Positions 1 to 11,978 of a stretch of 43,253 bases of DNA are shown piece after piece; the stretch's first letter is position 1, and each line of letters begins with the position of its first letter. The stretch is from Mesotaenium endlicherianum. Lineage: Eukaryota. The stretch is from contig WELA01001736.1 in assembly GCA_009602735.1 (NCBI GenBank), forward strand, positions 153,422 to 196,674. The letters run 5' to 3'. The notes under the pieces were generated by a model. It was not told the DNA's origin. It saw only the letters and a program-made list of their open reading frames with translations, and searched no databases. Made by a program: the position numbers and the translations under genes.

Positions 1-385
1 GGGGGGGGGGGGGGGGGGGGGGGGGCTTGACTGTTGCTGGACCAGGGATAAGGATAAGCCGGCTTAGAGGAGCACATAGGAGCGCGCTAACGCTGTGCGG
101 ACGTGCACGCGTGCATATGGGTGGCCATTCCCGTGCCTGCATTTGTGCGCGTGCCTGATTGCTCTCTCTGTCTGTCTGTTTTGTGTGTGTGTGTGTGTGT
201 GTGCGTGCGTGTGTGTGTGCATGCCTGTTGTAGCTTGTGCACGCCTCGAGGGTATCTCATTACTGCCGCCTCAGCACCAGCAGCTGCCAACCATCCCCCG
301 AGGCCAGCGGATATGTTGCTGACGAGTGTGAGCCCGTGCGGCAATGCTGCTGCTGCTGCTGCTGCCGGGGCTGGGGGGGGTGCAG

Positions 386-1625
386 GGCAAGAAGTGCCTC
401 ATGGTGGCCACAGACGTATACCGTCCCGCGGCTATTGACCAGCTCATCACCCTTGGCTCCCAGGTGTCCGTCCCAAACAAACCCCCCCCCCCCCAACAAA
501 TCCCCACACGCAGGCCCCCCTCTTCCCTTCTCCCCCCCTGCCCCCCCCCCTTTCTGGCTGCTGCTGCTGCCCCTACTAGTCCTCCTGCCGAGTCCTTCCT
601 CGATTTCTGGTGGCAGGCGGGATGGAGCATGTGTGTGCGTGTAAATGTGCGTGCCTTCTGGCCCTCTCATGCCCCACGTCCCTCCTGCCCGGTGTGGGGC
701 GTCAGCACGTGCTTACATTGCACATCCTCGAAGATGCACTGCCAGCACTCTCCAACCACCTGAGCGTCCACGTGTGCATGTATTTTTCACCTTTTCAAAG
801 CGAGCCTCGCAACATCAAGTGGTAGCAGCCTATCAGGAGCAGGTAAAGCACATCCGTGCACATGTGGGTTGGAGAGAAAGAACTTTTTCCCTGTTCTCTG
901 CCTCCTGTCTTCTCGCCTGATGTCCACCCTCTGTTGAACCAGCAGACAGCAGAGCCGCGCACAAGCCCTAGGATGGTGTCTGTCAATGCAGGCCAGGGCG
1001 ATGCTAAGCAGCGGAACGGTCAGCTGTCGCATCTTGGCTCTGCTCGTCAACGGCTTGCTCGTGCTGACACTGCTGCGATCAGCGTAGAATTACTCATCCA
1101 AGGAAGTGCTTGCTTGGCCACTTTCGCCGTTCGAAAGATACAGACAGCAGAAATACTCCCGCCTGGATGTTAGCTCTGCTGGCCCTGGTGCCAATCGCAA
1201 TCACTCGGTCACAGGAGCCAATGGTTTTGTGACACCTGGCAGGAAACGGCTTCGTGTATGTGAGAGAGCTCGGTTGAGCAGGCCCACAAGCCTTCAGATT
1301 GGGCGCATTGGGCGCATCCGCTTGCTGGCGTTGACATGTGACCCGGCGTGCACGTGCGCAGGTGGATGTGCCCGTGTTCTCCCTGGGGACAGATGTCGCT
1401 CCGGCAGAGATTGCGCGAAGAGCCATGGTGGAGGCCAAGGAGCAAGAAGCCGACGTCATTATCGTCGATACTGCCGGCCGTCTCCAGGTCCCTCCCCCCC
1501 CNNNNNNNNNNNNNNNNNNNNNNNNNNNNNNNNNNNNNNNNNNNNNNNNNNNNNNNNNNNNNNNNNNNNNNNNNNNNNNNNNNNNNNNNNNNNNNNNNNN
1601 NNNNNNNNNNNNNNNNNNNNNNNNN

Positions 1626-1707
<82 letters not shown>

Positions 1708-2582
1708 GTGTGTGTGTGTGTGTGTGTCTCTGTGTGTGTCTCTGTCTGCACGGCACCTGGGGCACTTGACTGCACTCCTCATCAACGAGCGCGCATACCG
1801 ATGAGTGGGAGGGCGAGAGTGGATGCAGGTGAACGCGGGCATGATGGACGAGCTGCGGCAGATCAAGAAGGCGGTGAACCCCACAGAGGTGCTGCTGGTG
1901 GTGGACGCCATGACGGGCCAGGAGGCCGCAGGTAGGTCCGCCCCCTCCTCTCTCCGCTCCCCTCCCCTCCCCTGCGTCCCCCTCCTTGTTCTTTTTCCTC
2001 CGCCTATCCTCGGCCCGGCCTTGCGGTCTGGTGGCAAAGTGGAGCAAGTGATGGTGCCTCGCCCTCGTAGCGCAAGTCTGAAAGTAGCTGTAGGCGGGCA
2101 TAGGCAAGCAGAGAGTTGTTGTGTTTAGTCGACTAAGTCAGTAATTCGAAACAACAGAACAAAGTCAGAGTGCTGACACTTTAGAAACTTTTGCCGGGGA
2201 AAGTGGCTGCCGGTGATGGCAAGGGTTGGAGTTTGTGGCACCCCCTGGGGAATGGGGACAAAGAGAGAGAGGGAGGCGGATCTAGCCAGGGAGAGCCCGT
2301 GGACCATTGGTGCGACCGAGACAGCGCCACCTGTCTCACCAGGGGGTGTGTGTGTCTGTGTATGTGTGTGTGTTTGTGCTGCGACGTGGCTCCACAGGAT
2401 TGGTGGCGGCGTTCAACACGGACGTGGGCATCACAGGCGCCATTCTGACGAAGCTGGACGGTGACTCTCGCGGTGGCGCTGCTCTCAGTGTCAAAGAGGT
2501 GAGGGTGCATGCATGTGTGCGTTGCGGCCTGTGCTCTTGTGAGCTTGTGTGCGCGCGTGCTTGCATATGTGCAGGTGCCCGA

Positions 2583-2613
<31 letters not shown>

Positions 2614-2886
2614 TGCGCGCGCGTGTCTTACGATGGTGGCATGGCTGTGGGGTGGCGAGAATGTTGCAAATGTTGCGTACATCTGTAGCGTGCGCAACAG
2701 AGGGGTTGTGAGCATATGAGGTGGGGTAGAGGAAGCAGGAGGGTGCAAAGAAGAGGAGGGACCCTCCCCTTCCCTCTCAGCATCTATCTCTCACTCCCGC
2801 ACTTTCTGATGCTGCTTGACACCGTACCCTCTGCTCGCACACATCTGCCTCTGGCTCACCCTGGAGAGTGTCCACATGGCTGCATA

Positions 2887-2925
<39 letters not shown>

Positions 2926-5900
2926 GCGCACACACACGCACACACATTCACCCACTCAGATGCAGGGAGAGATTGGGTGTCTGCTACTGTTGAGCTGGTT
3001 TGCCCACCTTGTTGGGGACTGGCAGAGCCACGGGTCTTCTATGGTCTGCTGCCTCGCCAAACCAGACAGGAGACACGGCCCATTGCTCCATTTGTGCAAT
3101 CTGGCACTGGAGGGGCCACGCCAGAATGAGCTTGCTCGCCGGTCGCACGTGCATCTGGCTCGCGTGTGCATGCTGTGCACGATGACGCGCTAAAAGACTC
3201 TCTCTCCCCACATGACTTCCGGGGGCGGGGGTGGTGGTGGCGACAGGTGTCGGGTAAGCCCATCAAGTTTGTGGGAGAGGGCGAGGGCATGACGGCGCTG
3301 GACCCCTTTTACCCCGACCGCATGGCCGGCCGCATCCTGGGCATGGGGGACGTGCTCTCCCTGGTGGAGAAGCAACAGGAGCTGGTGAGCTGCCACCTGT
3401 TACCTCTCTTGTGTCTGGAAGCAGGGTCGTGCGCAACTTTACGCACTCTGAGTACTTTGGTCCGCCTCGATATAGAAACGATCGGTCCTCCTTCTGCCGC
3501 CTCAAGGCTGCAGGCAACATGTTAAAGCCTCTTCCCGTGCCTCAAGCCAACTTTCTCGACGCACATACACTTGCTCTCACGAGCCCCGTGTACATACTAC
3601 ATGCACTCACACGCACACACGCGCAGGTGCCTCTTTGGACAGGTGCGTTCATGTGTGAGTGGGTTGTGGGCACTGGGTCTGCGTGTACAGTAGTGTCTCA
3701 GGGGGGCATGCGCACTCACAAGTCTGATCAGAGTTGTGCAAGAGTGCCTCTATGCCAGGCTGTGTGGAGATAGTCATATTGTGCTATTGCCCTCGCCCAT
3801 TCGCCGTTCTTCCCATCTTTGACACTTTGTGCCACCCCCAACCGGCTTCTGTCTTGGTTCTCTAGAAGAAAATGTTTTCATCATGGACCTGGGGGGGGGG
3901 NNNNNNNNNNNNNNNNNNNNNNNNNNNNNNNNNNNNNNNNNNNNNNNNNNNNNNNNNNNNNNNNNNNNNNNNNNNNNNNNNNNNNNNNNNNNNNNNNNNN
4001 NNNNNNNNNNNNNNNNNNNNNNNNNNNNNNNNNNNNNNNNNNNNNNNNNNNNNNNNNNNNNNNNNNNNNNNNNNNNNNNNNNNNNNNNNNNNNNNNNNNN
4101 NNNNNNNNNNNNNNNNNNNNNNNNNNNNNNNNNNNNNNNNNNNNNNNNNNNNNNNNNNNNNNNNNNNNNNNNNNNNNNNNNNNNNNNNNNNNNNNNNNNN
4201 NNNNNNNNNNNNNNNNNNNNNNNNNNNNNNNNNNNNNNNNNNNNNNNNNNNNNNNNNNNNTCATGGACCTGGGGGGGGGGGGGAAGGTGGGGGTTGAGAA
4301 CGGGCGGGCGCGAGCGGCAGGAGCAGAAGCAGCCCCCCTGTGCAGTACAATACGTGGGCATTGTCTGCGTGCCTGCGTGTGTGTGTCTTAAGGAGAAGGA
4401 GAGGCCAGGCTGACCTGGCGTGCATGTGTGTGTGTGTGCGCGTGCGTGCTATCCATCCCATGCTGCGCGCGTGCTCTCTCACCCCCCCCTCCCCCCACCT
4501 TGGCAGATGATGCAAGAGGACCAGGAGACGCTGCAGAAGAAGATCATGGAGGCCAAGTTCGACTTTGACGACTTTCTGAAGCAGACCAAGATGGTGGCGC
4601 AGATGGGCAGCATGGGCGGCATCCTCAAATACATCCCCGGCGCCCCCAAGGTGCGTGCTCTGCCCCCCTNGCTGGATGGCTGGAAGGTATATGAAGAAAG
4701 ACAGACAAGTAGGAGGCAGGGGGGGCTGTCTGTTGGCTCGTCGATGGGACAGGCGTCACTGTAGGGATGCAAGGATGCGAGTGCCGGAGCAGCACAAGGG
4801 GCTCATTGGTCGGCTCTGACGCGTGGGTGGGGATATGTGCGAGCCCGTCTCTAACGTGTGGCAAGGGGGTGGCGGGGAGAGTGCAGTTGACACCGCAACA
4901 AATCCGGGAGGCGGAGAAGAGCCTCAAGATTGTGGAGTCCATCATCGCCTCCATGACGCCGGGTGAGAGAGCCTCATCCACCGGCCCTCTCCGCACCTCA
5001 CCGCGGCCTCTGCCTCCCTGACTTACTCTCAGCCCTTCGCTCTCAGCGTCTCGGCCTCCCTGACCTCTCTGCTCTCAGTAGCTGTCGTGGAAAATAGTTT
5101 GGACCCTTGCGCTGCCATCACGCAGCAGACATTTTTTCTTGGATATGAGGGGCTTCATTAGGGGGCAGGGGTTGTGTTAGTGGAGGGGAGGGAGGTGGGG
5201 GGGGGCGCTTGGTGGTGTCGTCGTTAGCAACCCTTTTTCCCGCTCGTGCTCTCTTTCTGCTGCTGCATGTCCTTCCGCTCTCACCATGAATATGCTTGCG
5301 TGTCGTGCGTGCGTGCGTCTGTGCTTTCCTTGTGGTCATTGGAGAGGGCAGAGGAGAGGAAGGACCCCGAACTGCTCGCCAAGTCGCCGTCGAGGAGGAG
5401 ACGCGTTGCCAAAGGCTCCGGGCGCGGGCAGGAGCAGGTACCCACTCTGCCCCCCCCCCGCGCATGTTCCTTTCTCGCCCCCTCCCCCCTCCGTTGGGCA
5501 ACTGTGTTGGTGGGCACTTGTGGTGGTACAGCCAGCCTGAGAAGCCCGAAGGGCCATCTAGTTTGCAGGCCTGCTGCTGACAGCAGTCGTGCAGTTCGTC
5601 TTCTGTAATTTGCCTGCACGTCGCGTCATTAAGTGGAAGGGCATGCTTCAGCAGCAGAGCAGCGGCGCTGGAGCCTGTGCAAGCACAGCTTGAGGAGAAC
5701 TGCCGGGGCCTCGTGATGTGGTCGCCTCCTGACACGAGAAGGAGGGGGGGGGGAGGGGGGGCCNGAGGGGGGGGGGGAGGGGGGGCCGCGCGCTCTGTGT
5801 GATGATGGTGGTGGTGGCGGCACATGGCGGTGGCAGGTGAGCCAGCTGGTGTCGCAGCTGTTCACCATGCGGGCGCAGATGCAGAAGATGAGTGCGCTCA

Positions 5901-5964
5901 TGACCGGCAACTCGCTGCCGGGCATCCCCGGCCTTGACGACTCCGGCAAGCGCAAGGTCAGCCT

Positions 5965-6016
<52 letters not shown>

Positions 6017-6618
6017 GTGTGCGTGTGTGTGTTTGTGTGCCTGTGTTCTATTCCTGTGCAGCTAACGTTCACTCTGTCTGGTGCTGTTGCAGGCTGCAGA
6101 AGGGAAGCCGGGTGCCGAGCACGCNATTTTTTAAACGTATGTGAGCGTGTACATACAAACATGGATACGTACATCTGGACACATGCATGTATGTGGCTGT
6201 GTATGACACGTCTTCAAGTTGAGGGCAAAGCTACGGGACGTATCGGCTCATTCTTGCTATTAGCCTCCTCCGGCGCGCTTGTGTCTCTACTAACGTCGGG
6301 GGGCTGCTTTCATACCAGCTCATGCCATTATCCTGGCGGGGGAGGGTAGAGGGGGGAAGTGTGCGGGTTTGTGAATATTTGCATGTTTTTGTTGGGGGTA
6401 GTGCCTCTATGTGTCGCTTGCTTGCCTACTTGTGTCAAGGAGATGCCTCCTTTCTAGCAAACGCTTGCAGTAACACTGCCGGGAATGTGGGCTATGGTCT
6501 GAGCGAGCAGGCGTCCCCGGGGACCGCCAAGAGGAAGAAGAGCAGCAGAACTGGATTCTCGCAGCAGCTCGCTGTGGCCCAACAAGGGTCTAGGACCAAA
6601 GGCTTCGGCGCCAAATAG
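386..6618 (+). CDS. CPSRP54: Chloroplast signal recognition particle 54 kDa subunit (cpSRP54/Ffh homologue); 5'-partial, 10 coding exons in this window
   Basis: GT-AG exons with consistent phases: 386-463, 1362-1487, 1829-1931, 2398-2498, 3247-3384, 4507-4650, 4887-4962, 5352-5437, 5837-5956, 6511-6618 (1080 nt, ending TAG). The spliced protein has SRP GTPase motifs [36 protein letters not shown] and RILGMGD; an M domain (FDFDDFLKQ...IIASMTPEER...[11 protein letters not shown]); and the plastid-type C-tail [10 protein letters not shown]...KGFGAK. Confidence 0.95.
1626..1740. repeat. (CT)n followed by (GT)n microsatellite in a cpSRP54 intron
   Basis: Directly visible. Similar tracts at 182-219, 2580-2625, 2888-2946, 5967-6040, 11714-11800, 15105-15137, 41925-41965 and 42394-42490. 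Confidence 0.95.
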
Positions 6619-8319
6619 AGGGCTGCATCTCTTATTCATGGGCCTCCTTCTGACTGGTTGCGATATGGCTTCGGGCGTTTGAGAATGTGAAAGTTGACTC
6701 TTGCAATTGCCAGTTGTGGTGTGAAACATTTTGAGTTACAAGTGTGATCTCTATCTTGCATTGTGAGGAGCGTTTGCTATAAAATGGCGGTAACATAGCT
6801 TTGCACTGTTTAGGTTGCAAACGTTCCAGCTGCATATTTGTATGTCGTCAGATGTGTTGGATGGCGTGCCGTGGAAGTTGAAAGGATGTGGGACAATGGT
6901 TAGCAAGTTGCAGTGGCGTGGTATCTACCACAAGGTATTTAACAAGAACGTACTCAGCTTAGCACATATTGCTCGCCTATTGAGCACAACACACTCACTT
7001 TCTACAACTTTCTGCACCTGTGAGTTCTACTCATGCGCACTTGTCTTAGTGGAAGCAAGTGTATGCAGTTGAATTGGGAATGCATTTTAATTTGGTTGTG
7101 CGAAAGTGCCTGTTCATAAAGTGAAGATGAGGCATGCACCTCACAATGAGATTCTGTAGCTTCTTGCAACGGCTTGATTCATGCCTTGAGGCAACAAACT
7201 CCACCACATGAACAGGACACATTATCCTAAAGAATGCTAGCAATGCGAACAAAGAAGTTGCATGCTGTCTGGTAGCTGCTAGATTTATTGTGAGCCTTTT
7301 GGAAGCCTGCTGCTTCACGATCATTCATTGTGTTACACTTAAGTCTATGATGATTGTATGAATGTCATATTACCGACGTCTTATCCAAAAGCATGTTGAA
7401 ATTGCTTGACCAATATAGGCACCCACATTGGGTGATTGGTGATGCCGTCCTTTTCCAGATGCGATGTACAACGAAACCCATATGCCACAGTCCTCATCCT
7501 GATTTGTACAAAGTGCCTCCAAGAGCCAGCTGTCAGCAGTCTAGGTCATTGTTTGAGCATAGGTCACTGGCAAAGACGCGCTCTGCAAGTTCGGGCTGAC
7601 ACTGGACTTTCATGAATCTTACTGCTCAATACCTCGGGAGGCATTTCACATTACACGTGCAATGTGTAATGTACCATAATATTGCTAGCTGCCTGAACTT
7701 GGACTGGCCATTCACACAACTTGCATGGCTAAGCTGGCACGAGTGTTGCTAAGCTGCACCCCTTGCAGACGCACTGTGCTCATGAATCTGTGGCCCTTTC
7801 ATGCGATATTATTGAGTGCAACACAGTTACTATGTTCTACGCAACGAGAGTGCAAGCCTCACTCAGCGAGCAGCCAAGCTTTGCTGTACATCGCCATCAA
7901 TATTCAACATTTTGTTTTGGGTGCTTACACAGAACGTGACAAAAAAACACCAGGCTCAAACCTGCATATCTTATTCGCAAGGCACTTACATCGATCTTGT
8001 TGGCTGATAGACAACATGCATGAGAAAGCTGGACAATATGGTGCACTTTTTATTCTTGACTTGGGCCTGCAGTCAGATTGCGCATGCACCCTTATCACCC
8101 TACACTTGACTGTGGGGCAAACAGGCCGAACACATACCCTTCAGAGTACTGACAGATTAAAAGGACAGAAAGCACATGCCAGGACCTCTTTTAAGCATAC
8201 TGGTCAGGAAGAGACCACTGGCCGGAGTAGGTGTATAGTTGCATGCCACACATTCACAATGTTTTGCTAGACAGCGCACAGCACCCAAAGTAGCCACATA
8301 CATAGGACACTCATGCACA

Positions 8320-9963
8320 TCATACTCCGGCAAGCTGCAGGCAAAGATGTTGCCTTCCTGCTGGCTGTGGCATGGACCGTGTGTCGCGGAACAGCTTCCA
8401 GGCCTCGCCTTGTGTCACATACCAACAGGGCTTTCCGGCTGCCGCGTACTCAGCATGGCTCTTGTATACCCGACCAACACTCACATGGCAGCGGCATTTC
8501 AGCGAGGCGGCTGTGGCGGGGCCGAAGTCCTCCCACCCCTTCATGACCCTCAGCAGCATGCAATTCTCAATATTGAGCTCCCGAATGGTGGGCACGGCGC
8601 GCCTGATGTCGAGCTTGCGGTCAAGCAGTTCATTGCAATTCACTGTGAGAGACGTGAGCCCTGCGAGGTGGGCGCCAAGCGCAGGCCACTCAGACGCGTA
8701 GCCGAGGTCTAGCTCCAGCGAGCGCAGGGCGGGCGTGAACTCGAAAAAGTTGCGCTGCATGTGCGCGTGGGGCTCGCGCATGATCCGAAAGCAATCATCG
8801 TCCACCCACACGTGCAGCGCCAGGTCCTCCAGGAGGGGCATGGGATCAAGTAGCGGGGGGATACAGGGGATGTCCAAGCGCAGCTTCCGCAGGCGCGGGT
8901 TGTAGATGACATCCTGTAGGAGCTCCCACTCTCTATAACCAGCATCCATGAGCTCCCAGGCAGAGAGTGACAGCGCCGTCAGCGACGGCATATCACTAAG
9001 AAATTGAACCTCGCCTATACACATCTTGGCGTCGAGATCGATGACAATCTCTTGCAGGGTACGCATGGTTCCCACAGACTCCATCAAGTTGTAATCTTCA
9101 TTTTCACCATCCTCAGTGATCAGGCGCAGGCTGACAAAGGGGCCAAAGTCAGTCAGCCAGGGCGGCAGCTGCGCGGCCTCGTTCACATCGGAAACCAACA
9201 GGTGGAGGCTGTCAAGCCCGGAGAGCGCCGCAGTCGTACTGCACACTGGGAGGTTGAGGCGGGGGTCTTCGATGGCGCTCTGATAGACCCGCTGCGGCAA
9301 CCGGTACTGGCTATAGTCAAGCTCCAGCCGCTTGAGATGCATCAGGGCCCGCAGGTCCAGGGCTTCCACAGCCTTGTGGTGCTCGCGCCAGATGGCCTCA
9401 GAGGCCGGATTGTCCTCCGACCACGGACGAACGCTGAACTTGAGCCACAGCTCCTGCAGGCTGGACCGGCGTGAGAGGAAGTGCGCGAGGGCCGGCCAAA
9501 CTCCTCCCTCCCATGGGTTATAGAGCTCCACGCGGAACGAGGTGATGAGGGGGAACCCGTCGGCCAGGGCCCTCAGAAGCTCGGCGCCGCGGGCGCCAAC
9601 AGCTTCCAGCCGCACATGTGTCACGCCCCTGTACTCGCGCAGCTCAGAGAGGGCGCTTCCCACATCAACCTCCCGGTTGGCCAGGCGCACGCGCTTGATG
9701 AGACGGGAGATGACCCGCTTCCACGCTTGGCACATGCCGCACACGAGCTCGGGTTTCACAGAAGGCTTCTCCTGGTTGAGGCCCAGGGCCGTTTGCAGGA
9801 TGGGCGCCAGAACTTCGTCGGGCAGGTCCGCCATGCCCGAGCCCTGGCAAGTTCTGCTGCTGCCCACAAGCCCGCCCTCTGCAGCGCCATGCTGGTCTGG
9901 GCCACTCCTCAACTTTTCAGGCGTCAGCCGGTCCTCAGCTGGTTCGTCATCTTGTGTCATCAT
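8320..9963 (-). CDS. F-box protein with leucine-rich (RNI-like) repeats, about 547 aa in one coding exon
   Basis: Long open frame (track ORF 8320..10044). First plausible ATG is at 9963, just after a candidate CAG acceptor at 9971-9973. N-terminal F-box-like motif DLPDEVLAPILQ...VCGMCQAWKRVI, followed by repeated LxxLxL units (LQELWL, LKRLEL, LDSLHL, LTALSL, LRKLRL, LEDLAL, LRSLEL, LTSLTV, IRELNI). True start and last codons are uncertain. Confidence 0.75.
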   Translation of the reverse strand: MMTQDDEPAEDRLTPEKLRSGPDQHGAAEGGLVGSSRTCQGSGMADLPDEVLAPILQTALGLNQEKPSVKPELVCGMCQAWKRVISRLIKRVRLANREVDVGSALSELREYRGVTHVRLEAVGARGAELLRALADGFPLITSFRVELYNPWEGGVWPALAHFLSRRSSLQELWLKFSVRPWSEDNPASEAIWREHHKAVEALDLRALMHLKRLELDYSQYRLPQRVYQSAIEDPRLNLPVCSTTAALSGLDSLHLLVSDVNEAAQLPPWLTDFGPFVSLRLITEDGENEDYNLMESVGTMRTLQEIVIDLDAKMCIGEVQFLSDMPSLTALSLSAWELMDAGYREWELLQDVIYNPRLRKLRLDIPCIPPLLDPMPLLEDLALHVWVDDDCFRIMREPHAHMQRNFFEFTPALRSLELDLGYASEWPALGAHLAGLTSLTVNCNELLDRKLDIRRAVPTIRELNIENCMLLRVMKGWEDFGPATAASLKCRCHVSVGRVYKSHAEYAAAGKPCWYVTQGEAWKLFRDTRSMPQPAGRQHLCLQLAGV

Positions 9964-11828
9964 AATCACCTGGCATCCACAGACATTGTTTTGACAAAAA
10001 TGACAGCAATGAAACACCAATGCCAGCAATTTAAATCCCAGCAAGTATCTTGATGATGCTCCCTATTTGAAGCAAGTAACACTCATGGAGGAGAAGCTCA
10101 GTTGTCTTGCTGATATGTAGCGCTTTTCACGAGTCGTACGACCAAAGAACAAACAAAGACAAACTATTTTGACCGCCCACATAGGACTAGGAAAAAATCA
10201 TTGTGTTTACGCCTGCAAGCTGGCACCACTTCATAAAAAGAAATCCGGACAAAGAGGACTCAGGGGTGGGATAGGAGACCTCACGCTGTGAGCTGGCATC
10301 ACATACAAAGATCACAAACACATATACAAGGAGAGGGTCACATACAAGAAGTAATAAGGCAGGTGACACAATATACCTTTTGGAAGCAGTCCTTGACTTA
10401 AGTGGCTTAATTCACATTGCGAAATGCTGCTTCTTATTAATCCCCTGCAGCACTCCCATTCCCACAGCGAACGTCTACTGATGTAATTGTTGCGGTGTGT
10501 GCACATATGCAGTCACTTCTCTTTCCTGCTACTTCTCCTCCCTTCTTGCCATCTTTCTTCCGCTTTCTTGGCCACGGCCAATCGGGAGGACTTCCCGCCA
10601 AGCATAGTTTGCGATATATTCGAACTGCTACATGTACTAGAGGTGTCCGCTATCGAAGTTCGGTAATATGAGGTGAGATTGAGATAAGGTGCTGACTGCG
10701 CACGAGCTGCGCACATAGTTAGAGAGTATCCTTCAATAGCAATATGAACTAGTGTGAACTTGAACAGGTTTGAATGGCTCTGGAGGTTGCGGTGGCATGG
10801 CCGAAGTCATGGCTGCATGCATTCATGGTGCAGGCTGGTGCCTGCCATTAGCAATGACAGACGCAAATCAGCGTAATCCTTTGTCCTCTGTGGTCCACCG
10901 GCCCCTGTCAACATCTTGGCAAGAGGACAACTAGGAAATACAAGAACATTTGACCAGCAGTTGCTAGCCAGCGGCTGCCAGTGACCACTACGACTTCAGC
11001 ACAGCATTCTCCAGAAATAGCTATAGCCCAAAGGCCTCTTTTAGCGTGCCGGGGATTACACCAGCTAGCTATGACCAGACTGAACTGGATATAATCACGC
11101 ATGCACAGCATACACGAGCTGAGATCATTGTGCAGAATAAGGCAATCGAAGCCCTTTGGATGCACCAGGTAAAAAATACGTTTTTGGATGTGACGTGATC
11201 AAAGACATGCATACAGAGGTAGATGAAGGTTGGATTTTTTGCAGAAGCAGGGTTCTTAATCCTAAAACACTCTGACATGATATGGCTGTAGTGAGGAGTG
11301 GCAGCTTGCTGGTGTGAGAGAACAACCGTCTGGCTTACTTGGAATGCATCGAAAAAGATGATTCAGGTCTTTTCTTACGCTCTACTTGCATGCAGAAAAA
11401 TCCTCATTGGTTAGCGCAAGGAACCTGCTCCAATGTCAAGGCTGACTGCTGTTCACGGGTGTGCATCTGTGCCTGCATGGACTCTGACACTTGCAGGCGC
11501 TGACGCAATGAAGAGCATTGATTGGGGCCACAAGTGAGCCTGTGATGGGAGGCTATCTGGACTCTTTGATGCAAGCTTCTCTCTGACGCCTGCGTCACAC
11601 ACTTCAGCGTGGTTGAGGATGTACAGTGTGACCTGGACCCACTCTCAGCCCAGTCCCCCAGCCAGCCCTCATGCTCCTGCGCTTCCTCTCGCTCTCTTCC
11701 ACAGTGATACTACGTGTGTGTACCTTTTTATACGTGTGTGTGTATGTATGTGTGGGTGTGGATGTGTGTGTGCGTGTGTGCGCGCGCGCTCGCGTGCGGG
11801 TGCGTGGAAGCGTGGCTGAATCTTGGCA

Positions 11829-11978
11829 GGCAATCAGGCAGCCAACGTGGCATGGATTCCTGCGGGCCTGCTCCTGCTCAACTGCGTCCGGCTTGCGCCA
11901 GCTGGCGCCAGCCAGCCCTTGCTGTACACGTACAGGATTCTGAAGGCCTACCCCCACAACCCCACCCCCTTCATGCAA
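11829..11978 (+). pseudogene. Degenerate copy of the glutaminyl cyclase exon at 42521-42670
   Basis: Translates GNQAANVAWIPAGLLLLNCVRLAPAGASQPLLYTYRILKAYPHNPTPFMQ and is colinear with the intact exon. The donor is destroyed (CAA-TTC versus CAG-GTC), one G is missing at the acceptor, and PHDPxxFTQ has become PHNPTPFMQ. Flanking intron similarity runs back to about 11525. Confidence 0.8.

Noticed and set aside
3881..4280. Direct repeat TCATGGACCTGGGGGGGGGG on both sides of an N gap
   Set aside because: Most likely overlapping contig ends broken at poly-G (assembly artefact), not a TSD or real repeat.
87..6349. Many overlapping ORFs rich in CVCV, THTH, RERE, LSLS or PPP
   Set aside because: Translations of intronic microsatellites and G/C runs; the real coding parts are the cpSRP54 exons.
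7725..8270. 181-aa plus-strand ORF between the convergent genes
   Set aside because: No recognisable motif and UTR-like composition.
9004..10053. Plus-strand ORFs of 150-190 aa
   Set aside because: Antisense shadows of the GC-rich F-box/LRR coding sequence.
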